Of a DNA stretch of 63,291 nucleotides, positions 10,113 through 20,441 are shown piece by piece. Position 1 is the first letter of the stretch; every line of letters starts with the position of its first letter. Source of the stretch: Candidatus Poseidoniales archaeon (GTDB lineage Archaea; Thermoplasmatota; Poseidoniia; Poseidoniales; Poseidoniaceae); contig DUDM01000055.1 in assembly GCA_012959275.1 (NCBI GenBank), positions 1-63,291 of the forward strand, in the 5' to 3' direction. Below the pieces are notes generated by a model that worked only from the letters and a program-made list of their open reading frames with translations, ran no database searches and was not told where the DNA came from. Position numbers and translations under genes: made by a program.

Positions 10113-11345
10113 ATGACACAGAAGGGTATAGCAATCAGCATGCAAGATGGTGAGTTGCTTGTACCGGATTATCCAATCGTTCATTACATTGAAGGAGATG
10201 GAATTGGCATCGATATAACTCCCGTTATGCAGTCTGTTGTGAACTCTGCAGTTACCAAAGCCTATCATGGTACAAAGCAGATATTTTGGAACGAAGTATT
10301 GGCCGGAGAAAAGGCCTTCAATGCAACTGGAGAATGGTTGCCAGAAGAAACAATTGAGGCCATGAAAACGGGATTAGTTTCAATTAAAGGTCCTTTAACA
10401 ACCCCTGTTGGAGGGGGAATCCGTTCCCTAAATGTGGCTCTTCGCCAGCGCCTCGACCTATTTGCCTGCGTACGTCCTGTTCGCTGGTATTCAGGAACTC
10501 CAAGTCCAGTAAAATCTCCACATGAAGTTGATATGATTATCTTTAGAGAAAATAGTGAAGATGTATATGCTGGAATTGAATGGGAAGCAGGTAGTGAAGA
10601 GGTTAAAAAAGTCATTAAATTCTTGCAAGAAGAGATGGGAGTTGATAAAATTCGCTTCCCAAATAGCAGCGGAATAGGAATCAAACCAATCAGTCAAGAA
10701 GGTACTGCAAGAATCGTTCGTGCAGCCATTAAATACGCAATCGAAAATGACAAGCCTAGCGTTTGTATCGTTCACAAAGGCAATATCATGAAATTCACCG
10801 AAGGTGGATTTAGAGATTGGGGATATGCCCTCGCCATTGAAGAGTTCGGGGCAACAGAGGTAGATGGTGGGCCATGGTGTACAATGACCAACCCGATTAG
10901 CGGCAATGAAATATTAATCAAAGATGTAATTGCAGATGCAATGTTGCAACAAATAATCCTACGCCCCGCAGAATACAGTGTTCTAACCACTATGAATCTG
11001 AATGGCGATTATATCTCAGATGCTTTGGCTGCTCAAGTTGGAGGAATCGGTATAGCACCTGGCGCCAACATCAATTACGACACTGGAATCTCAATCTTCG
11101 AAGCAACTCATGGAACTGCTCCAAAGTATGCTGGACAGAATAAAGTAAACCCTGGTTCATTAATTCTCTCTGCTGAAATGATGCTTCGCCACATTGGTTG
11201 GAATGAAGCAGCGGACCTTATCATCAAAGGCATGGAAAAGGCAATTTCAAACAAAACAGTTACCTATGATTTTGAACGATTAATGGATGATGCAATTCTA
11301 CTTTCATGTAGCGACTTCGGTGATGCTATCATCGAACATATGTGA
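10113..11345 (+). CDS. icd: NADP-dependent isocitrate dehydrogenase (bacterial Icd type)
   Basis: [74 protein letters not shown]; ATG 10113 preferred (9984 overlaps osmC). Confidence 0.97.
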   Translation: MTQKGIAISMQDGELLVPDYPIVHYIEGDGIGIDITPVMQSVVNSAVTKAYHGTKQIFWNEVLAGEKAFNATGEWLPEETIEAMKTGLVSIKGPLTTPVGGGIRSLNVALRQRLDLFACVRPVRWYSGTPSPVKSPHEVDMIIFRENSEDVYAGIEWEAGSEEVKKVIKFLQEEMGVDKIRFPNSSGIGIKPISQEGTARIVRAAIKYAIENDKPSVCIVHKGNIMKFTEGGFRDWGYALAIEEFGATEVDGGPWCTMTNPISGNEILIKDVIADAMLQQIILRPAEYSVLTTMNLNGDYISDALAAQVGGIGIAPGANINYDTGISIFEATHGTAPKYAGQNKVNPGSLILSAEMMLRHIGWNEAADLIIKGMEKAISNKTVTYDFERLMDDAILLSCSDFGDAIIEHM

Positions 11346-11360
11346 GAAAAATATTTTTCT
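11345..11360. terminator. Perfect A/T palindrome between convergent genes, possible bidirectional terminator
   Basis: AGAAAAATATTTTTCT directly at the icd stop; provides a T-tract on both strands. Confidence 0.45.
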
Positions 11361-11380
11361 TTGGATATCGATAAATCGCA

Positions 11381-14300
11381 TCAACGTAGCCAAGATCTCA
11401 ATTGTTGAGCATTCTTGACAACACCAAATCCAAAACGTTCTTCAAAGGCTCTAGCAAATAATGTGAAATCGCCATCTCTACTTGCAATTAAGATTGAGCC
11501 GATTCCATCCAAGTGGGATTCTGCAAGGGAACGTGCTTGCAACATTATCTTCAAATCACTTTCTTCAGGGTAAATTTCATCATCTTCAAAGAGTGCAGTT
11601 CGAGTTAATTTCCCATGTATGCTCTTTTGTTTAGTTAGCTGGTCGTATACATCTTCATGGTCTGATAAGAATTTATGTAACTCTTCTCGGTAATCTTCAC
11701 TTTCTTCCTCAAACCTAACATTAAGATGCTGCCAATCTTTGAATGAATCAACTAATTCGTCAACCATCTTTTGTAATTTCTCTTTTGACACGACTTCATT
11801 CCAATGTTCATCACTAACCAGTACGTCACTGAACATGCGGCGAACTCGAGAAATGTCTGAGGCGATATTTCTTATCTCACTGCTCACAATAGTAGGCATG
11901 AATATCCTTATCATCCCTTTTTCCTTACAGTTCCAAACTGCTTTGTGGAAATGGCGATGTCCGAGTAGGTCCAATCTAACATCGCTGGAGAGGTCGAGTT
12001 TCGAAGCGATTTTTTCTTTCAATGAATCCACTAAAATATTAGTGTCGATGAGAACCAAAGGAATCAACTGAAGATGGCGAAGATGCTTTCTCTGACGAAC
12101 TGTAATCTCTTTGTGATGGTTCTGATAAACTCCTTGTTGGGCATTCACTAATCGTTTTAGTTGGCGGGGTTTGAAGCGACCACTATTCATTGCTCTCTCT
12201 AATATTGAAAGCCCACGTACTGCATCATCATCTGCGGCCTCTGTTGCTAATTCATAGATATCAGAAATAAGAGGTTCAAGGTCTCGATCATCAGAACTTT
12301 CGTGCATCAATCTTTGATAGCGCATTTCATCTTCTACTCGGCTTCGGCGTCTGTCCTTGCGAATCAAACTAAGAGCGGCTCTAACTCTTCCTTGGAAGGG
12401 CTCTGGTGGTAGTGGTATTGGGTGTTCATTGTGATAGTTGAAGAGAAAATCAAGTTCTTCTTCTGCAAAGAAACTCTTCGTTTCTTCAATGAGTTCTCCA
12501 TCCTGGCCCTCTACTCTAACTGTCCTTTCACTGCGGACGAAATCCATCAAGCGGCTTGTTCCGGCTCCCTGTTGTTTTCGATAGGCATCATCGCTAACCC
12601 TTAGATAGAGTTGGAATCTCTCAGTTAAAGCAGATTGTGATGCCTGCTCTCTATCAAGTAATTCAACCGCTTCTGTCCAAGATTCTGAATGCGCAAAGTG
12701 AATCAATGCCTTTCGATAAAGCATCATTCTTTCTTCATATGAAAGGGGTGCGGGTGTTTCAGGGGATGCGGGTGTTTCAGGGGGTTTTGAGCGGTCGGCT
12801 GCTAACCTCAAACTACGCGCTGATGCAAGACGGTCTCCATTTGCAGATTGTACCGCTGCTTTGACTATCAATGACCAAACTGAGGTCGGCGCTGCTCGCT
12901 GATACCAATCAACTAGAGACGGTAATGATATGTCGTGTTCCATCACCATTTCTCTTGCTGCAATAACTACGGCCAACTTTGGGTTAGTGGTTGACAAAAT
13001 ATCATTCAATAATTGCATTTCATCATTCGATGCACTAGATTCCTGAAGCAACATCGCTGCTCGGTTTAATCTCAAACCATCAACCAAGGTATCGAAAAGA
13101 CTCCTTTCAACCGGTGTTAACTCGGCTTGTGAAACACTATCTTCCAAACGTTTTAGATTAGATTCAGAAACAAGACCATCCCCCTCTTCAGCCAATGCCC
13201 TTCTGCACTCTCTGAAGGCTTGGAATCCAGCCATATCCAATCTATCTGCCATCGAATCAAGTTGACAACGCCCCCCATCTAACATGTTTAACAAAGAAAA
13301 TGAAAGATTAGATATCCCTGGTGCAGAATTAGAATTCCCGATTGAATCATGGGCCTTCTTTCTAGCATCCTGCAACCATTCAATGATTTCTTCATCACCT
13401 GTTGCTGGGTGAAGGTGACATACCAATAATGCCTCGAGTGGATGTTTTGAAGGGCCTTCATCAATACTCTGCAATAGTTTGGCTAATCCTGAAATATCGC
13501 CAGTTGTAATCATCAATTCTAACAAGTCTGACTGTACATCGGTATTTCCAGATGAGTTATCCATAAGGCTTGCAGCCTTGAGTTTCAATGATGCTGGGAA
13601 TCCTTCTATGCCAACTATCTGACTTAATGAAGAATCATCCAATCTTTGAAGTTGAGATTCCAGCCAATCGAAAACTTCGGGTGATTGGACCTTTAGAACA
13701 ACGTTAATTGCGATGTTTAGGATATCTGTGCGATTGATATTCAATTCAAGTAAATGACTTGCTGCTTCTTCTGATTTACCTGCCCCAACTAATGCAGAAA
13801 CGATATGCCAACGAAGCCCATCACTACTTGGCCCAGAGTCCTCAAATTCATTCAATAATACTAGGCCAGTTTCCATTTCTGAAAGACTGAGGTCCATCTC
13901 ATCCATCGGTGCAACTAACCATGCTGCAGTTCTCAACGCAGTAGTCAAGAAATCAGTTCCTTCTTTGGATAATGCTAGTTTCCATCCGTCTGAATTACCT
14001 GCTCTTAAATTATACAAAAGGGTCTGATCAGCCATAACTGAAGAAATCTCTTCACTGGTTTCTTGTGAAAGAATGTCAACGGTGGAATCATCTCCTGATG
14101 CTATTGCAAGTAGTCCAGATATCAAACATGCTGGACCTTCAGAATTGCGTAAATTACGAGTTAATAATTTATTCAACTTTCCTTTACCTTTCTTAACTTG
14201 AATTATTGCTCTCTTCAAATCAACTTCGACTTCAGGTGAAATAGCGAAAGGTAATTCCATTTCTAAAAATGTGGACAATGAATCATTATTTCGTGGGTCT

Positions 14301-14875
14301 ATTCTAGCTGCTTCAGCCCAGGCTCCAATATCTCCATCTTTCTCTCTAGTAATTTCGACAACTGGACAGGCTGCAAATTCTGCAAGTAATGGGGTTTCTT
14401 CAGCCATCTTTCCCCATACTTTGTGAACACCTTGGCTACATTCAAGACGCAAGCCAACTAATACTGCTTCTTCATCTTCGCTCCAAGATTCCCTATCTCT
14501 TGCTTTGTGAATAAGTAATGTTGCAAATTTGAAAGTACGAGACTCATTTTCATCAGAGAGAACATGGTCCTTTGATGGTAATAAATCTTGGTTTGCAGTT
14601 CGCCCACCACGTCCTCGGTTCATTCGCCGAGAAGAGCCAGTTCTTTTCTTTCGTATTGGAGAAGTAGAGGATTTATCATCTTCCTCAGGTGGTTGCTCTT
14701 TTCTCAATGCCACCAAGCACAACCCCTTCCAAGGTTTAGGCAGTAAATCCCAGGCTGCGTTGCGGGTTGCATGAAACTGACGGCGCTCTGAAGTATCGCC
14801 TCCCTTGAGGCCAGCCTCAAGGCTCTCAAGGAGTCTCTGTTCCAACACGGTCAACACTGGTATTCGCCGGCCCAT
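11381..14875 (-). CDS. Large helical (TPR-like) protein with C-terminal PIN-like nuclease domain
   Basis: C-terminal LVLIDTNIL...SSEIRN...ESDLKIM...IASRDGDF matches the PIN acidic tetrad; long amphipathic helical body; GGGAGG SD before ATG 14875. Confidence 0.7.
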   Translation of the reverse strand: MGRRIPVLTVLEQRLLESLEAGLKGGDTSERRQFHATRNAAWDLLPKPWKGLCLVALRKEQPPEEDDKSSTSPIRKKRTGSSRRMNRGRGGRTANQDLLPSKDHVLSDENESRTFKFATLLIHKARDRESWSEDEEAVLVGLRLECSQGVHKVWGKMAEETPLLAEFAACPVVEITREKDGDIGAWAEAARIDPRNNDSLSTFLEMELPFAISPEVEVDLKRAIIQVKKGKGKLNKLLTRNLRNSEGPACLISGLLAIASGDDSTVDILSQETSEEISSVMADQTLLYNLRAGNSDGWKLALSKEGTDFLTTALRTAAWLVAPMDEMDLSLSEMETGLVLLNEFEDSGPSSDGLRWHIVSALVGAGKSEEAASHLLELNINRTDILNIAINVVLKVQSPEVFDWLESQLQRLDDSSLSQIVGIEGFPASLKLKAASLMDNSSGNTDVQSDLLELMITTGDISGLAKLLQSIDEGPSKHPLEALLVCHLHPATGDEEIIEWLQDARKKAHDSIGNSNSAPGISNLSFSLLNMLDGGRCQLDSMADRLDMAGFQAFRECRRALAEEGDGLVSESNLKRLEDSVSQAELTPVERSLFDTLVDGLRLNRAAMLLQESSASNDEMQLLNDILSTTNPKLAVVIAAREMVMEHDISLPSLVDWYQRAAPTSVWSLIVKAAVQSANGDRLASARSLRLAADRSKPPETPASPETPAPLSYEERMMLYRKALIHFAHSESWTEAVELLDREQASQSALTERFQLYLRVSDDAYRKQQGAGTSRLMDFVRSERTVRVEGQDGELIEETKSFFAEEELDFLFNYHNEHPIPLPPEPFQGRVRAALSLIRKDRRRSRVEDEMRYQRLMHESSDDRDLEPLISDIYELATEAADDDAVRGLSILERAMNSGRFKPRQLKRLVNAQQGVYQNHHKEITVRQRKHLRHLQLIPLVLIDTNILVDSLKEKIASKLDLSSDVRLDLLGHRHFHKAVWNCKEKGMIRIFMPTIVSSEIRNIASDISRVRRMFSDVLVSDEHWNEVVSKEKLQKMVDELVDSFKDWQHLNVRFEEESEDYREELHKFLSDHEDVYDQLTKQKSIHGKLTRTALFEDDEIYPEESDLKIMLQARSLAESHLDGIGSILIASRDGDFTLFARAFEERFGFGVVKNAQQLRSWLR
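12749..12783. repeat. In-frame 18-bp tandem duplication (PETPA x2)
   Basis: TGCGGGTGTTTCAGGGG at 12749 and 12767. Confidence 0.85.
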
Positions 14876-14963
14876 GGTGCCTCCCTTTGAAGCCACCGCT
14901 CACAACCTGTTCTAAAGCGGAAGGTCCATTGCCACTATTCGCCCTCTGGTGGTTGAGGTGAAG

Positions 14964-15431
14964 ATGATGGAAGTCGCTCGCACAGCCATTCTGCTTCTCC
15001 ATCCACTGCTAGCCATCATTCTGCTTGGATGGATGTTGAAACAACATTCATGGCGAAAGAGAAGTCGAAGTTTGAAAGGAAATGAGAGAAAACTCTCTAG
15101 ACAACAACATGAAGATTGGGGGAAGAAATTCGTACCCCTCGCCATAGTTGCTGTTGCCATCGCGATTAGTGCTGAAATTATTCGTGCATTGATCGATGGA
15201 AAACCTCTATTATTCTATTTTCATCTTAATATTCATGGGATTTTTGGAATTGTAGGTATCGGTTTATTGTTATTTATGACTGGATTAGGCAAGAAGGTTG
15301 TTGCTGCAAGAGAGAGCGGTGAAAAATGGAATGAGTTGAAATTAAAGCATGGAAGGGCCGCAGATTTGGTGATGATTCTAGCGGTTTTGCACGGTTTCAT
15401 TGGCTTCCTATACATCTTTCAAGTGGTATGA
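14964..15431 (+). CDS. Four-TM His-containing membrane protein (DUF4079/cytochrome b561-like)
   Basis: Four hydrophobic segments with His in LLHPLL, QQHEDWG, NIHGIFG, LKHGRAA, VLHGFIG; GAGGTG SD at 14955-14960. Confidence 0.6.
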   Translation: MMEVARTAILLLHPLLAIILLGWMLKQHSWRKRSRSLKGNERKLSRQQHEDWGKKFVPLAIVAVAIAISAEIIRALIDGKPLLFYFHLNIHGIFGIVGIGLLLFMTGLGKKVVAARESGEKWNELKLKHGRAADLVMILAVLHGFIGFLYIFQVV

Positions 15432-15434
15432 ATC

Positions 15435-17756
15435 TCATTCAGATTCGATGGATTCTCTAACATGCTGAGAACCAGGTAACCATGAAGGAGACCACCAATT
15501 CCACTTCCCCATCAATCTCATTGTAGCTGGAACCAATAAGGCTCTGACAATTGTTGCATCGATGAGAATTGCCAGTGCCAAACCAAATCCAATTTGCTTT
15601 AGAATGAGAACAGAGGAAAAGCCAAAGGCACTGAAAACCACTACCATTATCGCCGCAGCACCTGTAATCAAGCGCCCAGTTCTTTGCAACCCATTCGCTA
15701 CGGCCAAGGTATTGTCTCCAGTCCGAAGCCATTCTTCATGAATCCTTGAAAGCATCAAAACTTCATAATCCATAGATAATCCAAATACGATACAAAACAT
15801 GATGATAGGGTTCATGGAATCTATTGGTTGAGGAGTGAAATTAAGAAGTTCTGAACCCCAACCCCATTGAAAAACAACCACCAGCATTCCAAATGATGCA
15901 GAAATCGAAAGTATATTCATCACAATTGCTTTGATGGGAATAATAATGCTTCCAACTTGCAAATATATCAGGATGGTCGTTGCAATTAAAATAAATGATA
16001 TTGCAATAAAAATATTATCTGCAATGGCATCTAATGTATCGGCGCTATAAGCTGCAAAACCGCCGATTAATATTTCAGAATTCGGACCTTGAATCAAGCC
16101 ATCCATCAAATCAGAGATATCTTCACGCAATGATTCAACGTAGAGTCTGCTATTGGTACTAGTTTGAGGGCCATCGAGAGATAGCAACATGAAAGCAACA
16201 TCGCCTGAAACAAATTTTTCTTTCAAGTACTCTCTGCCTGTTACTTGCTCAGGGCTGAGATATTCATCAGATGTCAACCAAAAGTCGACTGCTTGATCTT
16301 CAGTCATATTTGGCATTGGCAATGCGGCACCAAAGACTGCAGCGACTTCTTTATCCGCAAGATGCTCGCTTAACCAACGATGTTGTTGCCTGATATTTGG
16401 TTCTGAAAGTGGGTCTCCACCATCCATCACCAACATTACAAAAGCATCGTTCTGAGTGCTTTCTAGCCATAATCTATCAATATGATTCGAACCTTGTCGA
16501 GTCTCGTCTTCAGGTGGTAAGGCTTCGATTGAGGACATCGATAATTCGGCCTGTAAAAATGGCAGTCCGGCGCCAATTAAAAGAATCAGTGTTGGAATCA
16601 AGACTGCCCACGGATGCTTCATCACCATCTTTGCAGTTCTACCCCAAAATCCCTCATCACTATCCGAAGAGGTAATTGAAAATGGAACCTTCCCTGCATT
16701 CACATTCTCACCCAACATCGCCAACACAGAAGGCAATACAATAACGGAGTAAACCATGGCTATTGAAACTGCTAAAGTGCCACCTAAGCCAAGGCTCGGA
16801 AGGCTTGTGTTTTCGAAAAATAGCATTCCCATGAGGCCAATTGCAACAGTTAGTCCAGAATAGAATACTGCCTTTCCTGCGGTTGCAACTGTCATTGCGG
16901 TTGCAGTTCTAACATCTCTTTTTTGCTCTAATTCCTCTCTGAAACGATTAACCATAAAAAGCGAATAATCAATTGATACACCAATTCCAATTAGGGAAAT
17001 AATATTGGTTGCATATTGTGTAACATCAGTAATATTAGATAACCAAATTGTGACTCCCATTGCGGCAATGACAGTAAATAGGCCAATCCCAATCGGCATT
17101 AATGCCGCCACGATTGAACCGAATACCAGAGCCAGAATAATCAATGAAAGAGGGCCTGAAATAATCTCGGCATCTACTAAGTCTCCTGCAATTCTAGAAT
17201 CAAATGAATAACTTATTGCTATATCGCCAGTTCTCCAATCACTGAAACCCTTTTCAATTTTTATCGAATCATAAACTTCAGCATAGGTGCTCTTGGAATC
17301 TTTTCTTTCACCGGCCAGAATGATGATATTCTTGGCCCAAAAACCATCTTTATCTTCACTAATTCTAGTGTATCTATCCTCTGGGGAAACTGACCAAGAA
17401 TAGTTGATAGTAATATCATCACGCTGTTCTAAATCAGATAGTGCAGACTTTACTGCTTCTTGCCATTCAGATGTTGAATCATTCAAAGTGGGATGGAAAA
17501 CCAAGTAAATGAACACATTCCCTTCTTCGTCTTCGGAAAGAAAGTTTTCCCGATAGGCCTTACCGGCTTGTAAAGATTCTAATTCACCTTCGCCATAAGA
17601 TTCAGCCCAATCTGCTCCTACTCCCATCAATGAACCTAGGGCTATGCAGGTCAATACACCGATGACCAAAATTTTACGACGGTGGTCATGAGTAAACTCT
17701 CCCAATCGATAAAATGGCTTTGCTGCCAACATTCGGGGGTCGGTAATTCCCTCCAT
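15435..17756 (-). CDS. MMPL family (RND) transporter
   Basis: Two repeats; IGIGVSIDYSLFMVNRFREEL, TAGKAVFYSGLTVAIG, FGLSMDYEVLMLSRIHE, TGRLITGAAAIMVVVF, DATIVRALLVPA. Confidence 0.93.
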   Translation of the reverse strand: MEGITDPRMLAAKPFYRLGEFTHDHRRKILVIGVLTCIALGSLMGVGADWAESYGEGELESLQAGKAYRENFLSEDEEGNVFIYLVFHPTLNDSTSEWQEAVKSALSDLEQRDDITINYSWSVSPEDRYTRISEDKDGFWAKNIIILAGERKDSKSTYAEVYDSIKIEKGFSDWRTGDIAISYSFDSRIAGDLVDAEIISGPLSLIILALVFGSIVAALMPIGIGLFTVIAAMGVTIWLSNITDVTQYATNIISLIGIGVSIDYSLFMVNRFREELEQKRDVRTATAMTVATAGKAVFYSGLTVAIGLMGMLFFENTSLPSLGLGGTLAVSIAMVYSVIVLPSVLAMLGENVNAGKVPFSITSSDSDEGFWGRTAKMVMKHPWAVLIPTLILLIGAGLPFLQAELSMSSIEALPPEDETRQGSNHIDRLWLESTQNDAFVMLVMDGGDPLSEPNIRQQHRWLSEHLADKEVAAVFGAALPMPNMTEDQAVDFWLTSDEYLSPEQVTGREYLKEKFVSGDVAFMLLSLDGPQTSTNSRLYVESLREDISDLMDGLIQGPNSEILIGGFAAYSADTLDAIADNIFIAISFILIATTILIYLQVGSIIIPIKAIVMNILSISASFGMLVVVFQWGWGSELLNFTPQPIDSMNPIIMFCIVFGLSMDYEVLMLSRIHEEWLRTGDNTLAVANGLQRTGRLITGAAAIMVVVFSAFGFSSVLILKQIGFGLALAILIDATIVRALLVPATMRLMGKWNWWSPSWLPGSQHVRESIESE

Positions 17757-17810
17757 AATTGACCCGCCTTAAATCCACTATTTCAATAAGAGGTGATGGA
17801 GGATACTAAT

Positions 17811-18809
17811 TCATTCACGCCTTGACCATTCCTCTAGCCAACCTTTGAGGTTTCTCTCAACATCTTCTAATTCAACGGGGCGCTTTTCTTTATGGCCCGA
17901 ATTTGAAAGCGCTTGAACCCTGCAACCGCAAGCATTCTTGTGACCTCCTCCTGTCTCATCATACAAGGTAGCCATTCTAGTCAAATCAAAGACCCCACCT
18001 TTTGGATGAAGGAAACTATTGCTGTAAAAAGAAGTTGATAAGGCTGGTTTTTCAGGTGTGCTAATGCTACCTTCAACCCATCCATGCACTATGCAACAGG
18101 CATCGCAATCCTCCCCGACAAATGCAGTTACTGCATAGCCATTGGTTCTCTGCCCTGTACCATCCATTCTCAATATTGCTAATCTATCTCGAACCTCAAT
18201 TTTTTTAGAAATTATTTCATCCAATTCTTCTGCAGCTGTTCTAGCATTTTGACACCTAAGACTGACATCTTCTTCATGCAATAATTCATCCATGCTCATT
18301 CCACTTGCAAGCCTTGCAACAATTGAATGTACATATTCTGAATCTCTGATATCAATAGTTCTTGAAAACCAAAGTAAATCAGGTCCTTCTCTTAATTCTT
18401 CAAGGCTAATTTGTCCAGAATCAATCCTATCAACAAACTCCATTGTAGTTTGAAGACTTGGCAACTCCTCATCGCCATTGAAATGATCCCAAGCAACTCT
18501 TGCTGCTGAAGGTTTGTCCTCCCATATACAAATACCACCATTGGAAATGAATTCTTTTTCCTCTTCATTTGAAGGGCGGTTTGTTTCATGATGATCCAAA
18601 TATAGCCCACACTTAGGGTGGAAAGGAAGGTCGCATATTGCAGTATTTCGGTCAATGATATCATCGATGAGGCCACCGCGAATCTCAGCAGGGTGACTGA
18701 ATCGTAATTCTGCGTTAGGAAAATGTTTGCGAAGAATTACAGCAGCAAATAGTCCATCCATATCACCATCAGCAATAATCCTCTGCAAATTAATATCGCC
18801 TGCATCCAC
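17811..18809 (-). CDS. DHH/DHHA1-family phosphoesterase
   Basis: ADGDMDG, CDLP, LDHH, PSAARV, GGGH motifs. Confidence 0.85.
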   Translation of the reverse strand: MDAGDINLQRIIADGDMDGLFAAVILRKHFPNAELRFSHPAEIRGGLIDDIIDRNTAICDLPFHPKCGLYLDHHETNRPSNEEEKEFISNGGICIWEDKPSAARVAWDHFNGDEELPSLQTTMEFVDRIDSGQISLEELREGPDLLWFSRTIDIRDSEYVHSIVARLASGMSMDELLHEEDVSLRCQNARTAAEELDEIISKKIEVRDRLAILRMDGTGQRTNGYAVTAFVGEDCDACCIVHGWVEGSISTPEKPALSTSFYSNSFLHPKGGVFDLTRMATLYDETGGGHKNACGCRVQALSNSGHKEKRPVELEDVERNLKGWLEEWSRRE

Positions 18810-18884
18810 TGTTAGAACCCGCCCTCTCTTTACATGGGCAAGCCCTTGGGTGATGAATGAATCGACGTTTCAAATACTAATTTA

Positions 18885-19334
18885 GTGACAAACATCTTGC
18901 CGGTGGGTTCGGGGCATACTACCATGGAGACCTCATGCGGTGTCGTAGTAATCAATCTCGGCAACATATTATTGTTGGAATACCCGCAAGGGCATTGGGA
19001 TTTTCCAAAAGGGCATGTGGAGGAATCCGACCCTTCACGAATCGATGCTGCAATAAGGGAATTACAAGAGGAAACTGGGATTAATGATATCAAAATAATC
19101 CAGGGCTTTGAAGAAAAAACGGAGTATGATTTTCATCATAAGGGAAAAAAGATTGAGAAAGAAGTCTTCTGGTACATCGGTGAAACTGGTATTATGGATG
19201 TGGAAATCTCCCACGAACATAGAGATTATCTATGGCTTGATTGGGAACAGGCGATTGAAATGTTAACACATGATGAATCAAAAGCGGTGTTGAAAGCGGC
19301 TCATGAACATATGAAAAAAATTGGCAGAGAATAA
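18885..19334 (+). CDS. NUDIX hydrolase, Ap4A hydrolase-like
   Basis: GHWDFPKGHVE...AAIRELQEETGI Nudix box; ISHEHRDYLWL. Confidence 0.9.
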   Translation: MTNILPVGSGHTTMETSCGVVVINLGNILLLEYPQGHWDFPKGHVEESDPSRIDAAIRELQEETGINDIKIIQGFEEKTEYDFHHKGKKIEKEVFWYIGETGIMDVEISHEHRDYLWLDWEQAIEMLTHDESKAVLKAAHEHMKKIGRE

Positions 19335-19335
19335 T

Positions 19336-20028
19336 TCAAGTTTGATTTACCACATCACCAATATCATCGTGATTCGACAATAATCTTGCTCGTTCTGCCT
19401 CTCCACTTGACCTCTCACCTATTGGTTGCCATAGAACTTCTTTTCCTCCAAGACGTGTTGTCAGCCATCTACTGAGAACAAAACACCAATCTGAAAGGCG
19501 ATTGATGTATTCGACTGGAAAAGCACGCATGGCTTCATTATCATCAAGTTCAACCAACCTTCTTTCCAATCTTCTTGCAACTGCTCGAGCCAATTGTAAC
19601 CAAGCAACTGGGCCCTCTCCAGTTGGTATAATAAAGGAACTTAAAGGTTCTAAATCTTCTAACCATGCGTCCATTTCATCAACAAGAGTTTCTGATGCAA
19701 TATCTCCCAGCATAGTAATTCCAGAAGGGATATTTTCAGGGGGACAAGCAAGTTCTGCTCCTAAATCAAATAATTCCTGTTGTACCCTAGAAAGTGCTTC
19801 TCCCCCTAAGTGGGCTGCTCTTAAGGCACTAGTTTTTGTCCCTCCATCGACATGAATTGTAGAGGCTCTTCCTAATTCCATACGTACTACACCGAGAAAA
19901 GAGTTCAACTCATCAACTGTCCCAACTACCTCAATTCTTAGGCTACATTTTTTCACTCTAGAACCATCGACAAGTGAAGTTTCACCTTTATCACCACCAC
20001 CAGTATGAACTCGGTTTATTTTCACCAT
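19336..20028 (-). CDS. pduO: PduO-type ATP:cob(I)alamin adenosyltransferase
   Basis: KINRVHTGGGDKGETSLVDGSRVKK, GTVDELNSFLG, QQELFDLGAEL, ARAVARRLER, YINRLSDWCFVLSR. Confidence 0.93.
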   Translation of the reverse strand: MVKINRVHTGGGDKGETSLVDGSRVKKCSLRIEVVGTVDELNSFLGVVRMELGRASTIHVDGGTKTSALRAAHLGGEALSRVQQELFDLGAELACPPENIPSGITMLGDIASETLVDEMDAWLEDLEPLSSFIIPTGEGPVAWLQLARAVARRLERRLVELDDNEAMRAFPVEYINRLSDWCFVLSRWLTTRLGGKEVLWQPIGERSSGEAERARLLSNHDDIGDVVNQT

Positions 20029-20033
20029 TAGTT

Positions 20034-20047
20034 CACCTCAAGAGGTG
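20034..20047 (-). promoter_or_regulatory. SD of pduO paired to an adjacent anti-SD (CACCTC-TT-GAGGTG)
   Basis: Inverted repeat seen directly; GAGGTG lies 5 nt before the ATG. Confidence 0.45.
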
Positions 20048-20071
20048 TCCTATCATCAGTCTTCTCCAAAG

Positions 20072-20359
20072 TTAAGGAGTTTGAAGAATTGGCTTTTGCT
20101 GGCGTGTTGAAAGCATTTTACTGAGGAGAATCATTCCCAAAATCGCCCAAACTAATGCTTCAATTATAACCACAAGTAGGTACCAAGGTCCCAATAAAGC
20201 AATCATCAATGTTGAATCATAGGGTACTCCGTGAAAGCCGATATACAATGCCTGAGAGAGAACACTTGCAGCGAACCAGATATATATGAATGAAAACATT
20301 ATCTTTCTTGAGAAAAACTTCTTTATTGTGCTCTGAATAGATCTTAATGTTCTTTCCAT
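20072..20359 (-). CDS. Small hypothetical membrane protein (2 TM)
   Basis: GAGGGAG SD before ATG 20359; two hydrophobic stretches; longer ORF call overlaps upstream gene. Confidence 0.6.
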   Translation of the reverse strand: MERTLRSIQSTIKKFFSRKIMFSFIYIWFAASVLSQALYIGFHGVPYDSTLMIALLGPWYLLVVIIEALVWAILGMILLSKMLSTRQQKPILQTP

Positions 20360-20441
20360 ATTGCTCCCTCTTAGTTTGAGAGCGTTATTCAACGTATATA
20401 GGGTTAAGGTTGGGATGCTCAATATAAGATGGGATGTCCCA

